Notes: generated by a model not told the origin, from the letters alone. A DNA stretch of 61,530 nt, filler included, from Nemertoderma westbladi (GCA_032718475.1; 3 parts of 3 records of this genome joined end to end with filler, not necessarily neighbours in it); one strand, 5' to 3'; numbered from the whole stretch's first letter, positions 1 to 11,870 are shown. A program made the numbers and translations.

Positions 1-442
1 ATCAGGGGCCCAGGACTTAGGCCGTCTCATACGGGGCGGCCCTTCCCCCAGATAGTTCGCACCACCCAGCGGCGAAACAAAACATTCACTATTATCTGTG
101 GCACCTAGAGGTGAATTCCGGAATTCGCTGTTATTACTCGCACCACCAACCGGGCTACCAATGAACTCGTTAGTATTTCTTACGCCATCCTGCGTTTTAT
201 TAAGAATCTCCCTAGTGTTAGTTCCGCCATCCAGCGGTTCACTCCTGCACTGGAATTCCCCCTTAACTCGAAGCGATTTACTCCGCTCGGGGGACCTCCG
301 TATTGATCCGCTAGGGGGCGATAAAGACTGCCCATTCTCAAGCTTGTATTGCAGTTCCTCCAGGTTCATAGACAGACGTTTGTTGGCCTTAGACTCTTTC
401 TCGTATGAGTGACGTAATCGCGCTTTATCATTGGACAGTTGT
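1..442 (-). CDS. MTUS1/2-like: MTUS1/MTUS2-family coiled-coil protein, most 3' exon in the window (open to window edge)
   Basis: Acceptor tttcccAG at 444-443, phase 2. Translates (R)QLSNDKARLRHSYEKESKANKRLSMNLEELQYKLENGQSLSPP..., which resembles the MTUS C-terminal motif RQLS..[23 protein letters not shown].WKL (recalled, not searched). No stop before position 1. Confidence 0.85.
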
Positions 443-649
443 CTGGGAAAAAAATGATAAGGTAAATAAAGTTTTTAATATAATAAATAAAGTATTAATG
501 TAAGTATAAAGAAAGGTAAATAAAGTATTACTATTTATTCAATAGGATATAAGAAACAAAATAATAATATAACTGTAGGTTTGAGGTTTTTATATTTTGG
601 TAAGGGTTCGTTTTTGGTTAGTTGGTTAGTTGTTGGTGTCAGGTGTAGT

Positions 650-736
650 TATTTATCCCGCCACCTAGCGGCGCTTTAATGTATTTATCCAGCCACCTAG
701 CGGCGCTTTAATGTATTTATCCAGCCACCTAGCGGC
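650..736. repeat. 32-bp tandem repeat (~2.7 copies), each unit with a CTCF-like motif
   Basis: TATTTATCCaGCCACCTAGCGGCGCTTTAATG starts at 650, 682 and 714. Confidence 0.8.
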
Positions 737-752
737 CCCTTTATATACTCAC

Positions 753-973
753 CTTTCCGTAGACGACTTCCTCACCAATGCGGCTTCCAACTCTTCTATC
801 CGAAGTTCCTTCCGACAGACGATGCCCCTGGCCTCCGCTAGATGACGCGTCAGCTCAGCCCTCGCGAGTTGATCCTCGGCTGTCTGGCACCGCAGACTGG
901 CTAACTCCGCGTTTCGCAGCTCGAGGACGCACTGCAGCGAGTCGCATTCCGCTTTGCATTGCTCGAGGGCCGA
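753..973 (-). CDS. MTUS1/2-like: MTUS-like gene, internal exon
   Basis: cccgcAG acceptor and AG|GTGAGT donor. Encodes SALEQCKAECDSLQCVLELRNAELASLRCQ...EELEAALVRKSSTE(R), similar to MTUS 'ESLKAVLEIKNE'. Phase 0 in and phase 2 out match both neighbours. Confidence 0.85.
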
Positions 974-1511
974 CTGCGGGTAAATAAAGAGCGCTATATA
1001 TCCCGCGTGACAACAGTAAACGGGGAAATAAAGAAAGAAATTACGAGCATTGGAAAATAAAGTAAATGATAAATACTAATAATGATGAATCGGGGCGCCA
1101 GTTTAAATTAATGCAGTCACCCGGCCGGGGCGAATTAATTAATGAGGGAAATTGGAAGATTACAGGTTTGCCTGGTGGAATAATCAAAACAATAAACTAT
1201 TTAAAAATTTAATTTAAATTCTTCACACATTTTAGTTGCACTTTATGTAGACGGTAATTTGAGGTTGATATAGAAACAGTATTTGAGAAAGTGCCTGATA
1301 TTTGTTTATTTGATCCCTTAAAACTCCTCCTTACAGTATTAATTGTACCGTGACCGTGTACCACTGTAAATAGTAAAGACTAACGAAGGCCTGCCGCTAA
1401 CCGCTGTCAAACGATATTGTAGATGAAGTTTCCGCCGCAATGTAGCCGGTTATTTATGGTTGATATAGTAACCAGTAAAGTCCAGCAGGATAGATACAAT
1501 ATGTTTAATTA

Positions 1512-1877
1512 AGACCTGTTTACACGTGGCAACTTTTAGAGCAACTTTCTCGGCAACTTGTAGAGCAACCCAGGTTGTCGATCAAGTTGCTCCGTGTAAA
1601 CACGTAAAAATGTTGCTGTAAAAGTTGAGCAACTTTTACGGCAACTTGAAGGAATTTGCGTTGACGAATAATCAAATTAAATTATCAAAAACTAGCTAGT
1701 AGATAAAATGACCCACTATTTTACAGTTAAACTCGCTCTAAAAGTTGCTCTAAAAGTTGCCGGCCAAGTTGCTGGTAAAGTTGCCACGTGTAAACAGCCA
1801 TTAAATTATGTTGCTCCAAAAAAAGTTGCTAGTTGCTGGTAAAGTTGCTCTAAAAGTTGCCACGTGTAAACAGGCCT
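1512..1877. mobile_element. PIF/Harbinger (Tourist-like) MITE
   Basis: Long TIRs AG(A/G)CCTGTTTACACGTGGCAACTTTTAGAGCAACTT, TTA on both flanks (1509-1511, 1878-1880) and internal GCAACTT/AAGTTGC subrepeats. Confidence 0.85.
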
Positions 1878-1982
1878 TTAGTTGCGGCATTTAAATGTGG
1901 GATTATTTATCGGAACTTTCCTCGGTAACTTTTTTTGTCCCATTTGTGAAAAAATAAACTGAAAGTAAATCTCGGAACTCAC

Positions 1983-2117
1983 CAGTTTATCCATGCGACT
2001 CGTCGCCTCCTCGAGTTGTCTCCGTAACGACAGATTCAGCTCCTCTTGGTCGCTAAGCAACATCTGCACGGAGTCTCTTTCCGCCGTCTCCGATTCTAAC
2101 TGGGTCTGGACGAAATC
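1983..2117 (-). CDS. MTUS1/2-like: MTUS-like gene, internal exon (135 nt)
   Basis: tttttAG acceptor and CTG|GTGAGT donor. Encodes DFVQTQLESETAERDSVQMLLSDQEELNLSLRRQLEEATSRMDKL (coiled coil), phase 0/0. Confidence 0.75.
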
Positions 2118-2128
2118 CTAAAAAATAC

Positions 2129-4930
2129 CCAATAGTAACAATGTGGTCCGTAACCAATAGTAACAATATGGTCCGTAACCAATAGTAACAATATGGTCCG
2201 TAACCAATAGTAAAAATGAGGTCCGTAACCAATAGTAACAATGAGATCCGTAACCGAGAGTAACAATGTGGTCCGTAACCAATAGTAAAAATGAGGTCCG
2301 TAACCAATAGTAACAATGAGATCCGTAACCGAGAGTAACAATGAGGTCCGTAACCAATAGTAACAGTGTGCTCCGTAACCAATAGTAACAATGAGGTCCG
2401 TAACCAATAGTATCAATGTCGTCCGTAACCAACAGTAACAATGTGGTCCGTAACCAATAGTAACAATGAGGTCCGTAACCAAGAGTAACAATGAGGTCCG
2501 TAACCAATAGTAACAATGAGGTCCGTAACCAAGAGTAACAATGAGGTCCGTAACCAATAGTAACAGTGTGCTCCGTAACCAATAGTAACAATGAGGTCCG
2601 TAACCAATAGTATCAATGTCGTCCGTAACCAATAGTAACCATCGATGTGGTCCGTAACCAATAGTAACAATGTGGTCCGTAACCAATCGTAACAATATGG
2701 TCCGTAACCAATAGTATCAATGTGGTCCGTAACCAATAGTAACAATGTGGTCCGTAACCAATAGTAACAATGTGGTCCGTAACCAATAGTAGCAATGTGG
2801 TCTGTAACCAATAGTAACAATGAGGTCCGTAACCAATAGTATCAATGTCGTCCGTAACCAATAGTAACAATATGGTCCGCAACCAATAGTATCAATGTCG
2901 TCCGTAACCAATAGTAACAATGTGGTCCGTAACCAATAGTAACAATGAGGTCCGTAACCAATAGTATCAATGTCGTCCGTAAACAATAGTAACAATGAGG
3001 TCCGTTACCAATAGTAACAATATGGTCCGTAACCAATAGTAACAATATGGTCCGTAACCAAAAGTAACCATGTGCTCCGTAACCAATAGTAAAAATGTGG
3101 TCCGTAACCAATAGCAACAATGTGGTCCGTAACCAATAGTAACAATGAGGTCCGCTACCAATAGTAACAATATGGTCCGTAACCAATAGTAACAATGTGG
3201 TCCGTAACCAAAAGTTACAATGTGCTCCGTAACCAATAGTAAAAATGTGGTCCGTAACCAATAGTAACAATGTGGTCCGTAACCAATAGTAACAATGAGG
3301 TCCGTAACCAATAGTAACAATATGGTCCGTAACCAATAGTAACAATGTGGTCTGTAACCAATAGTAACAATGAGGTCCGTAACCAATAGTATCAATGTCG
3401 TCCGTAACCAATAGTAACCATCGATGTGGTCCGTAACCAATAGTAACAATGTGGTCCGTAACCAATAGTAACAATATGGTCCGTAACCAATAGTATCAAT
3501 GTGGTCCGTAACCAATAGTAACAATGTGGTCCGTAACCAATAGTATCAATGTCGTCCGTAACCAATAGTAACAATGTGGTCCGTAACCAATAGTGACAAT
3601 ATGGTCCGTAACCAATAGTAACAATGTGGTCCATAACCAATAGTAACAATGAGGTCCGTAACCAATAGTAACAATGTGGTCCGTAACCAATAGTATCAAT
3701 GTCGTCCGTAACCAATAGTAACAATGTGGTCCGTAACCAATAGTAACAATGAGGTCCGTAACCAATAGTAACAATATGGTCCGTAACCAATAGTAACAAT
3801 ATGGTCCGTAACCAATAGTAACAATATGGTCAGTAACCAATAGTATCAATGTCGTCCGTAACCAATAGTAACAATGAGGTCCGTAACCAATAGTAACAAT
3901 GAGGTCCGTAACCAATAGTAACCATATGGTCCGTAACCAATAGTAACAATATGGTCCGTAACCAATAGTAACAATGTGGTCCGTAACCAATAGTAACAAT
4001 ATGGTCCGTAACCAATAGTAACAATGAGGTCCGTAACCAATAGTAACAATATGGTCCGTAACCAATAGTAACAATATGGTCCGTAACCAATAGTAAAAAT
4101 GTGGTCCGTAACCAATAGTAAAAATGTGGTCCGTAACCAATAGTAACAATGTGGTCCGTAACCAATAGTAACAATGAGGTCCGTAACCAATAGTAACAAT
4201 GTGGTCCGTAACCAATAGTAACAATGAGGTCCGTAACCAATAGTAACAATATGGTCCGTAACCAATAGTAACAATATGGCCCGTAACCAATAGTAACAAT
4301 GAGGTCCGTAACCAATAGTAACAATGTGGTCCGTAACCAATAGTAACAATATGGTCCGTAACCAATAGTAACAATGAGGTCCGTAACCAATAGTAACAAT
4401 ATGGTCCGTAACCAATAGTAACAATATGGTCCGTAACCAATAGTAAAAATGTGGTCCGTAACCAATAGTAACAATGAGGTCCGTAACCAATAGTAACAGT
4501 GTGGTCCGTAACCAATAGTAACAATGTGGTCCGTAACCAATAGTAACAATATGGTCCGTAACCAATAGTAACAATATGGTCCGTAACCAATAGTAACAAT
4601 GTGGTCCGTAACCAATAGTAACAATGTGGTCCGTAACCAATAGTAACAATATGGTCCGTAACCAATAGTAACAATATGGTCCGTAACCAATAGTAACAAA
4701 TTGGTCCGTAACCAATAGTAACAGTGTGGTCCGTAACCAATAGTAACAATGTGGTCCGTAACCAATAGTAACAATGAGGTCCGTAACCAATAGTAACAAT
4801 GTGGTCCGTAACCAATAGTAACAGTGTGGTCCGTAACCAATAGTAACAATGTGGTCCGTAACCAATAGTAACAATGAGGTCCGTAACCAATAGTAACAAT
4901 GTGGTCCGTAACCAATAGTAAAAATGTGGT
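2129..4930. repeat. 25-bp minisatellite, ~112 units
   Basis: Unit AATAGTAACAAT(GTG/ATG/GAG/GTC)GTCCGTAACC in head-to-tail array with no spacers. Confidence 0.97.
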
Positions 4931-5289
4931 TGTGACGGGATCGGAGATCCCGACCGGGTTAGAAATGTACTCGTCACCGTTCTGCTGGCTTATCGTACTA
5001 TTCGCTTTGGCCGAAGGCCTTTGGGGAAAACAGTAGGAGTTTGCGTTGTTTCTCAATACTGATTAATATAGGTGATAATAGCAGGTCGGTTATTGAATAT
5101 GAATATAGCAGAAAAATACAGGTTAATTGTTACCGGTATAGCGGTGGGGGTCATTAACTATGACCGGTCTGCACTGACTGAACTGAATAACACAACTGAC
5201 CGGTAAACCAGTAATTAGCAAGTCGTTAGTTAGCAAGTCGTTAGACTTGATTACTGTAAGAAAAAAAAGCTACTGACTACTGGCTACTA

Positions 5290-8200
5290 ACAAGGGTGTG
5301 GTACCTGCCCCGAGAGCGTACTCGGTAACAAAGCACCCCCCCCCCTTTCTAACCACAATGGATAGTACCAGTAACGCGGAGGTCCGGCCATCTGGGGCCA
5401 GTGGAGAACCCGGACTTACAAGGCCCCACAGGCGCCAGTCTTCTCCTGACAGGCAGTCTGTATCCCAACCCCTAGGAGAGGGAGGAGCCGGCATTGCTTT
5501 ACCCCTCGGCTTTACCCCTCGGATTGGAGGGAGGCCAAATAGCGAAATTCAGTCTGGGATTTCCAATGCAGACTCTTCCCACTGGGCTCATGTACCCTCT
5601 AGGCCCAAAAACCCCCTGGTGAACATGAGACAAGTTACCATGCTTGCCTCAATAAATCCCAGGACTCTCAACCCACCACTGCAACAAGGGGAACTTACTG
5701 CTCTTGCAGATAGATAAGCTGAACCTGACTGCAGTCGGTATTCAGGAACACCGCATGAGGTGCTCTGAAGAGGTAAGATACCAGGATATGGGTGGTGGTT
5801 GGCAGCTTGTTCATTCCTCAGCGGATGATCAGGGAAACGGGGGAGTGGGTCTGCTTTTAAATCCAACTGCTTTTGCAGCACTAGACAAGGTAGAATCCAT
5901 TTCCCCCCGTATAATTTGCTACCACTTCACTTGCGCTGGTAAGATGGCAAAAAAGTTCCCCAAGGTTGTGATTATGGTATGCTATTCTCCAACTAGTACT
6001 GCTGATATAGCTGATGTAGACACATTCTATAACCAGCTGCAAGCAGCTACTGACTGTATAGACAAGCATGCCTTTCTCACTATCCTTGGCGACTTCAATG
6101 CCAGCTTACCAAGATCCTCTTCTAACCCATGGGTTTATAGTGACACTGTAAACCGAAATTCAGGTCATTTGCAAGATTTTCTTCTGGCAAATGAGCTGTT
6201 TTCGGCCAATACAAATTTCCAAAAACGACCTGGAAAGCTGTACACCCATGTGGGACCCAGTGGTCATAAGTCCCAGATAGACCACCTCATCTTCCGTAAG
6301 AAATACAGAGGATCAATAATTGACTGCTCTTCTCTCACAGTGCGGACATTTCAGACTGACCATCGATTGGTTATGGGAAAGACCAAATTAAGCCTTCGCG
6401 CAAACAAGGGTCTTAAAAAGTCCACCCCACATCATGACTGGTCTACCTTGGATAAAAACCCCATTATAAAGGATAACTTTACAATTGAGGTTACAAATAG
6501 ATATTCCAGTCTCATAAATGAAGAAATGAACCACTGTGAGAAATATACCCAGTTTGCTGCAGCAGTAAAGTCAGCTGCAAAGAAAATTGTTCCTCTAAAG
6601 CCACGGAAGTTGAAAAAGATCCCCTGGGCAGACCAGCGCATTCTAGACCTGCGAGAGGCATTGAACAAAGCCCAAAGAGAGTATCGTAGCCGACGTACAA
6701 CTTCTGCAAAAAATGCAGTGAAAGCTTCAGTGAAATCTCTAAACAAGCAATACTCGATTAATAAAGCAAAGCTTATCAGCGAGCAGGTTGATACTATCAA
6801 TGCTGCTGACGAAAGTAGGAAATCTGCTGAAGCCTGGCAAGCAATCAACCTGCTCTCTGGAAGAAAAAGCCGACCAACTGCCAAGGTGAAGGCTGATTCT
6901 CCAGCCGACCGCTTGGCAGGCTGGAAGTCTCATTTCGAGAAATTGCTAAATAATGATCGAGAACTGACTGACGATTTCACTGTAAAGCCTGTGTCACACA
7001 CAATACTCTCAGACATCCCAATTGGTGACATAACATTCGAAGAGGTCTTAACTGCTTCGAATGACATTAAAACCAATAGGGCATCTGGTGTTGATGATGT
7101 GCCTCCCGAGGTCTTTAAGATCAGAGAATGCCTTCAACTAGCCCACCCTATCCTAGCAGAAATGTACCGCACTAAGATTGCACCACAAGAACTGAAGACT
7201 AATCGGCTAACACCCGTTCCAAAGAAGGGCAACCTCTCCTATTTTGGTTCATATCTTGGAATTAGTCTAATCTCAATTGCAGCTAAATTATTCAACAGAA
7301 TAATGCTGAATCGCATTAGGGATCCTGTAGAAAGACTCTTGCGTGGGAATCAAAATGGGTTTCGAAAAGGTAGAGGTACCTTTGAACCCATTCTGGCTGT
7401 TAGAAGGATTATTGAAGAGGTTTCTACAAAGAAAGACAGACATTTGGCTGTCATATTTGTGGATTTCTTCAAGGCCTTCGATTCCGTGTCACGCCCACGC
7501 ATGTTCCAAATTCTTCAGGCATATGGGATCCCCAATGAGATCATTAATGCAATCAGATCAGTATATGACGGTTCCACGACCTTTGTATCCACTACTGATG
7601 GAGACACAGACCCATTTGAGGTTCTCTGGGGTGTCCTTCAAGGAGACACATCAGCCCCGTTCCTCTTCATTATTGTGGTGGACTATGTGCTGCGGACATC
7701 ACTCGATCTTCATGAAGCTGATGGGGTGGAAATATCTCCACCATCAGGTAGCCGTAGACGTGGTTCCCCAGCAGAACATCTAACCGACCTTGACTTTGCA
7801 GATGACCTTGGTTTACTGTCAGAGACATTAGAAGGAGCACAGAAGCTGCTATCTAGCTTAGAGGAGGCTGCATCTAGTGTTGGCCTCTTTGTGAATAGCA
7901 CAAAGACCAAAATTCTGACAGTAAACATGGATTCAGATCAGCAGAAAATTGATCGGGATAACATTCAATCGCTGGATGGACTGGTAAGTCATGTGAACGA
8001 CTTCTGCTACCTTGGATCATGGGTTCGGAGGTCTGCTGAAGATCTCCGAATTCGCAAAGGGAAAGCCTGGTCCGCCATCCACAAGCTATCCAGGATCTGG
8101 AAGAGCTCTGACATCTCATGCTCTTTAAAGGTACGCCTTTTCCGTGCAGCAGTGGAGCCTGTGCTGCTCTATGGCAGCCCATGCTGGGCTCTAACTGCTG

Positions 8201-8601
8201 AAGACACCAGGTCCTTGGATGGCACATACACCAGGATGCTTCGCCGGGTGCACAACATAGCATATGATGCACACATAAGCAATGAGGTGTTATATAAATA
8301 TGGTAACATCTCATTGCCACGACCTAGCATCACCCTGCAGAAACGCCGTCTAATGCTTGCTGGGCACTGTTTCCGCCGGCAGGATCAACCTGTACACAAC
8401 CTTGTGCTGTGGCAGCCTGCTGGCGAGAATAGACGTGGTGGACAGCCAATGACTTTCCTCAAACGCCTGCTCAAGGACACAGGACTTGAGAACAGGAATG
8501 AATTAGGAAATTGTATGGCTGACCGCAAGATCTGGGGGCGCTATGTTTCTGGGGCCGCCGGCACTGCACCCTAGTGCAAGCCGATCATCATCATCATCAT
8601 C
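5290..8601 (+). mobile_element. Near full-length RTE-clade non-LTR retrotransposon (5' boundary approximate)
   Basis: Single APE-RT ORF, very short 3' UTR and (ATC)6 tail at 8584-8601. No clear TSD. Confidence 0.9.
5358..8574 (+). pseudogene. RTE endonuclease-reverse transcriptase ORF with one frameshift
   Basis: APE motifs SINPRTL, GIQEHR, GDFNA, QIDH, TDH. RT motifs QNGFRKGR, FVDFFKAFDS, GVLQGD, FADD, FCYLGS. A GATA duplication at ~5708-5715 splits ORF 5298-5717 from ORF 5704-8574. Confidence 0.9.
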
Positions 8602-9690
8602 ACTGACCTAGAGCAAAAACGGCTCTAACGATTTTGATGAAATTTTGCATGGACCATGAAAATGGATTTCTAAGGGTACTTGTGAAATCGCGGTTTAAAT
8701 TGAAACATCTCAACTTGTTTTATTTCGAAAAATAGCCCCAAAAGACTAAAATTGCCATAGGCGCAATGATAAAACACCAGCTGGCACTCATGAAAAATGT
8801 ATAGAGATGGCCTGGTAATGCATTCAATAGGAAGGCCAACTAACAAAGAAGTACTTTCTCTGCCAAGTTTTATTATCACTCTACTATACAACCCAGACAG
8901 TAAGCAAACATTAATTTGTTTAACTGGCTATTACAGTTTCAGCTGAATAACTCTTCCCAATGCATCCTTGCTATGTTAATTAATTGGCGTGCAAGCTAAA
9001 TGACTGTTAGTAAAACAGTGTGTTGGCTACACAGTGTATTGTACTATGCTCTCATCGCATTATTGTTTTATTTTGAAATCTTTGTGCCAACATTAATACT
9101 GTGGAGGCTGTATGCTTATAAGGCTGAATATTTACTCAGCCTCAAAATGATTCTCCATAAGGCTAACATTATTGTTTGAAATATAAAAATCTTTTATAAT
9201 AATAATATAATTGTTATATTTAATTAATATCGTGGTTTACATTGAACAGTGTAAATTGTTAATCGCGGTTTACATTGAAACATCTCAACTTGTTTTATTT
9301 ATTACAAAAATAAGAACGAATTTGTCTTATCACTTCTTGTGCGCGATTGTATTGAATTCATGACAACTGCTGTTATTGTTATTAATTAATTGACACCTCG
9401 ACTCCTCTCTGAGACTCCGACTACTCTATCCGATAGAACAAAATAATCATTTCGCTAACTGCTCTCTATCTTCTATAATCACAACAGCTTTTATAATTCA
9501 TCAGATGATTACAACATAATAATTATAGTTTGAAGTTGTCTAGAAAAATTTTCGTACACCACCGGGACTACCCTCACGCTAATTGATTATCAGACAGAAC
9601 AAAAAGCGTTTACTTGATTCGTACTGTCTCCTACGACTTGCTTCACGGGCCGCTAGGCCCGTCTCTAGTGTAAGATAATATATGATTAAT

Positions 9691-11484
9691 GAAATTGAAG
9701 ACGTATTTATTCATACATATGAATATTTTCAAATATAGCACAACATATAAGGAATATTCGTCGATGTCGATGTTGCAATATGTTGAATAACTCTGACTGA
9801 TAAAATAACTCTGACTGATAAAATATGCGGAACCAATGAAACTGACTGATAAAATATGCGGAACCAATGAAACTGACTGATAAAATATACCGTTCAACCG
9901 ACTTATTAATTACTTACAACTGATAAAATATATGGAGTAACTGACTGATGAAATATAAAAATTTGAAATAAATAAATAAATAATATGTAAAATCTAAAAT
10001 TGTTATTTTGTTACATCTCTTACTCTGTTGAGCGTCATTAAGAAGAGGGCAACCCGTAGAGAGGACTGGAATTGCGGTATATTGCGGCATGACTGATAAT
10101 GTTGCACTGATGTTGCAGGCTGGTTGCATAACCAACATTTACATAAGTCAGATGGGCGCCAACATGTCTCATCCTGACAAAGCCTGTTGTGACAGCCATT
10201 AGAAATTAGCTGGCCCGCAGCGCGGCGTCGGAAACCAGATAGGCCGTCCAGGTTGACGTCACTATGAATATGTGCTTCGTGGTTGTCGATGTATCCAAGT
10301 ATTGCAAACGACGAGGCATATTTGGATAAACCGCACCAGTGCAGTATTTCCAAAATAGGGCCCTGATCTTATGGATGTGTTCGAGTTCAGCTACCTCGTG
10401 TTCCTCGACATAGATGTTACAGCCGTAAATGATCGCGGGATACACAACAGATGACCACAGGCGTCGGGCTGATTGCATGGAAATGCATTTAAGGTCAACT
10501 TTAGTGGCGACCCGGATACAGCTAACGACACCCTTGTTGTACAGATGTTTCATATGGCCACCGGACCCTCCTTTCGTAGAAAGCACCATTCCTAAGTATT
10601 CGAATGAGTTAACAAAATCTAAAGGCTCTCCGTTGTAAATTAACTTGTCTCCAACGCACAGCCTTCCGCCTTTACGAAATTTCACTGCTTTGGTCTTCTT
10701 GATATTTACTTGTAGGTCATTTTCCTTGCAATATTCATAGAGTCTGTTTAGGCATTCTTGGACATCCTTGATTGTCTCCCCTGCAATGACTAAGTTGTCA
10801 GCATACATTATGACCCAAATAGCAGTTGAAGTAACTAGAAAAATAGGTACAGTAGGTCCGCGACGAATATACTGAACAATAACGGCGATAGTTTATCCCC
10901 CTGGATTACGCACGCCCACCGTTTGAGCTATTGGTTTCAAGATATATACTCCAATTACGATGCATACATAGTTTACGGCGATCAAGGACCATATAACTGT
11001 AATAAATTTCCTGCTGACACCGAATTTGGGGAGCTTCCTGCATAACGTTTCCCGATTCACAGAGTCAAAGGCTTTTGTCAAATCAACAAACACACAATAT
11101 AGATGTCCCCCCTGTTGGCAATAACGCCTCTTTGATTCTTCTGTGGATAAGATTTACCGCACTTAAGGTCGATCTTGCTTTTCGAAACCCGAATTGTTCA
11201 TTGGGGAGCACATGATTAGACTCCGCCCAAAGATAGAGTCTCGCGTATAGGATAGCTGTATAAGTTTTTAGCAGGCTACAAAGTAAAGCGATACCCCTGT
11301 AGCTGTTCAGGTCAGTTTTCGCCCCCTTCCCCTTGTAGAGCGGGATGAGGTAAGATGTGAGCCAGGTGAGAGGACATGTTGCCGTAGCAAAACATACTGA
11401 TAAAAGCATAAATATAAAGGGCAAAATGTGTCCGAAGCCACACTTTAGCGCATCACTAGTCACACCGTCTGGACCTGCGGCTTT
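9691..11484 (-). mobile_element. 5'-truncated degenerate LINE (RT fragments, clade unresolved)
   Basis: KAAGPDG, YRGIALL, QFGFRKARST, FVDLTKAFDSV, YADN and FEYLG are spread over four frameshifted ORFs. 13-bp TSD ATATATGATTAAT at 9678-9690 and 11485-11497. Confidence 0.88.
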
Positions 11485-11861
11485 ATATATGATTAATCAC
11501 ACATTGAATATTGGTTTTACCTCCTACTCTACTTTGACCCTCTACACAATGGATGCTTTCCTGTTCCTTACCACGTGCTTCCCTCCCCACTATTGGCTAA
11601 TATACTAATTGTCACTTTGGCGCTCCCTGTGAGTGTTTCCCCCCGCTGCTAGCCTCTACTAGCTGTATTCCCTCCGAGGTGGTTTGACCTCTCACCTTTC
11701 TTTCTCTGTGGCTTTGGGGCTTGTGTCGCCCCCCCCCCCCCCCCCCCAATGTTGGTTATGAGACGAGATTAATATTGGTAATCTCGTATCCCCAACATAT
11801 TGCTAAATGCCACTGGTCCCATTTTCTGGTGGGTAATGAAGTGGAATTGAATCCGCTTACA

Positions 11862-11870
11862 CTCCCCCCC
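11862..11870 (-). promoter_or_regulatory. Polypurine tract of the LTR element
   Basis: Minus strand GGGGGGGAG lies directly before TGTAAG, the start of the 3' LTR. Confidence 0.75.

Larger units (their letters stand above)
5215..9668 (+). mobile_element. Helitron-like non-autonomous insertion containing an RTE LINE
   Basis: 3' hairpin ACGGGCC-GCTA-GGCCCGT (9645-9662) followed by CTAG (9665-9668). It sits between A and T of the LTR with no TSD. A Helitron-like internal motif AAACGGCTCTAACGATTTTGATGAAATTT lies near 8617. The 5' end is TT rather than the canonical TC. Confidence 0.7.
4931..11861 (-). repeat. 3' LTR in three pieces (4931-5214, 9669-9690, 11485-11861)
   Basis: The pieces are collinear with the uninterrupted solo LTR at 49273-49939 (...GTAA|TGTAGGATAATATATGATTAA...). 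Confidence 0.88.

Noticed and set aside
98-987. Plus-strand ORFs 98-412 and 778-987
   Set aside because: They are antisense shadows of the MTUS-like exons.
2129-4930. CRISPR-like appearance of the regular 25-63-bp repeats here and elsewhere
   Set aside because: Units are contiguous with no unique spacers, there are no cas genes, and the context is eukaryotic.
2053-5056. Many long minus-strand ORFs (LLLLVTDHIVTIGYGPHCYYWLRT repeats), including a TIGYG resembling a K+ channel filter
   Set aside because: These are translations of a stop-free 25-bp satellite in all three frames within an intron. TIGYG is coincidental and has no channel context.
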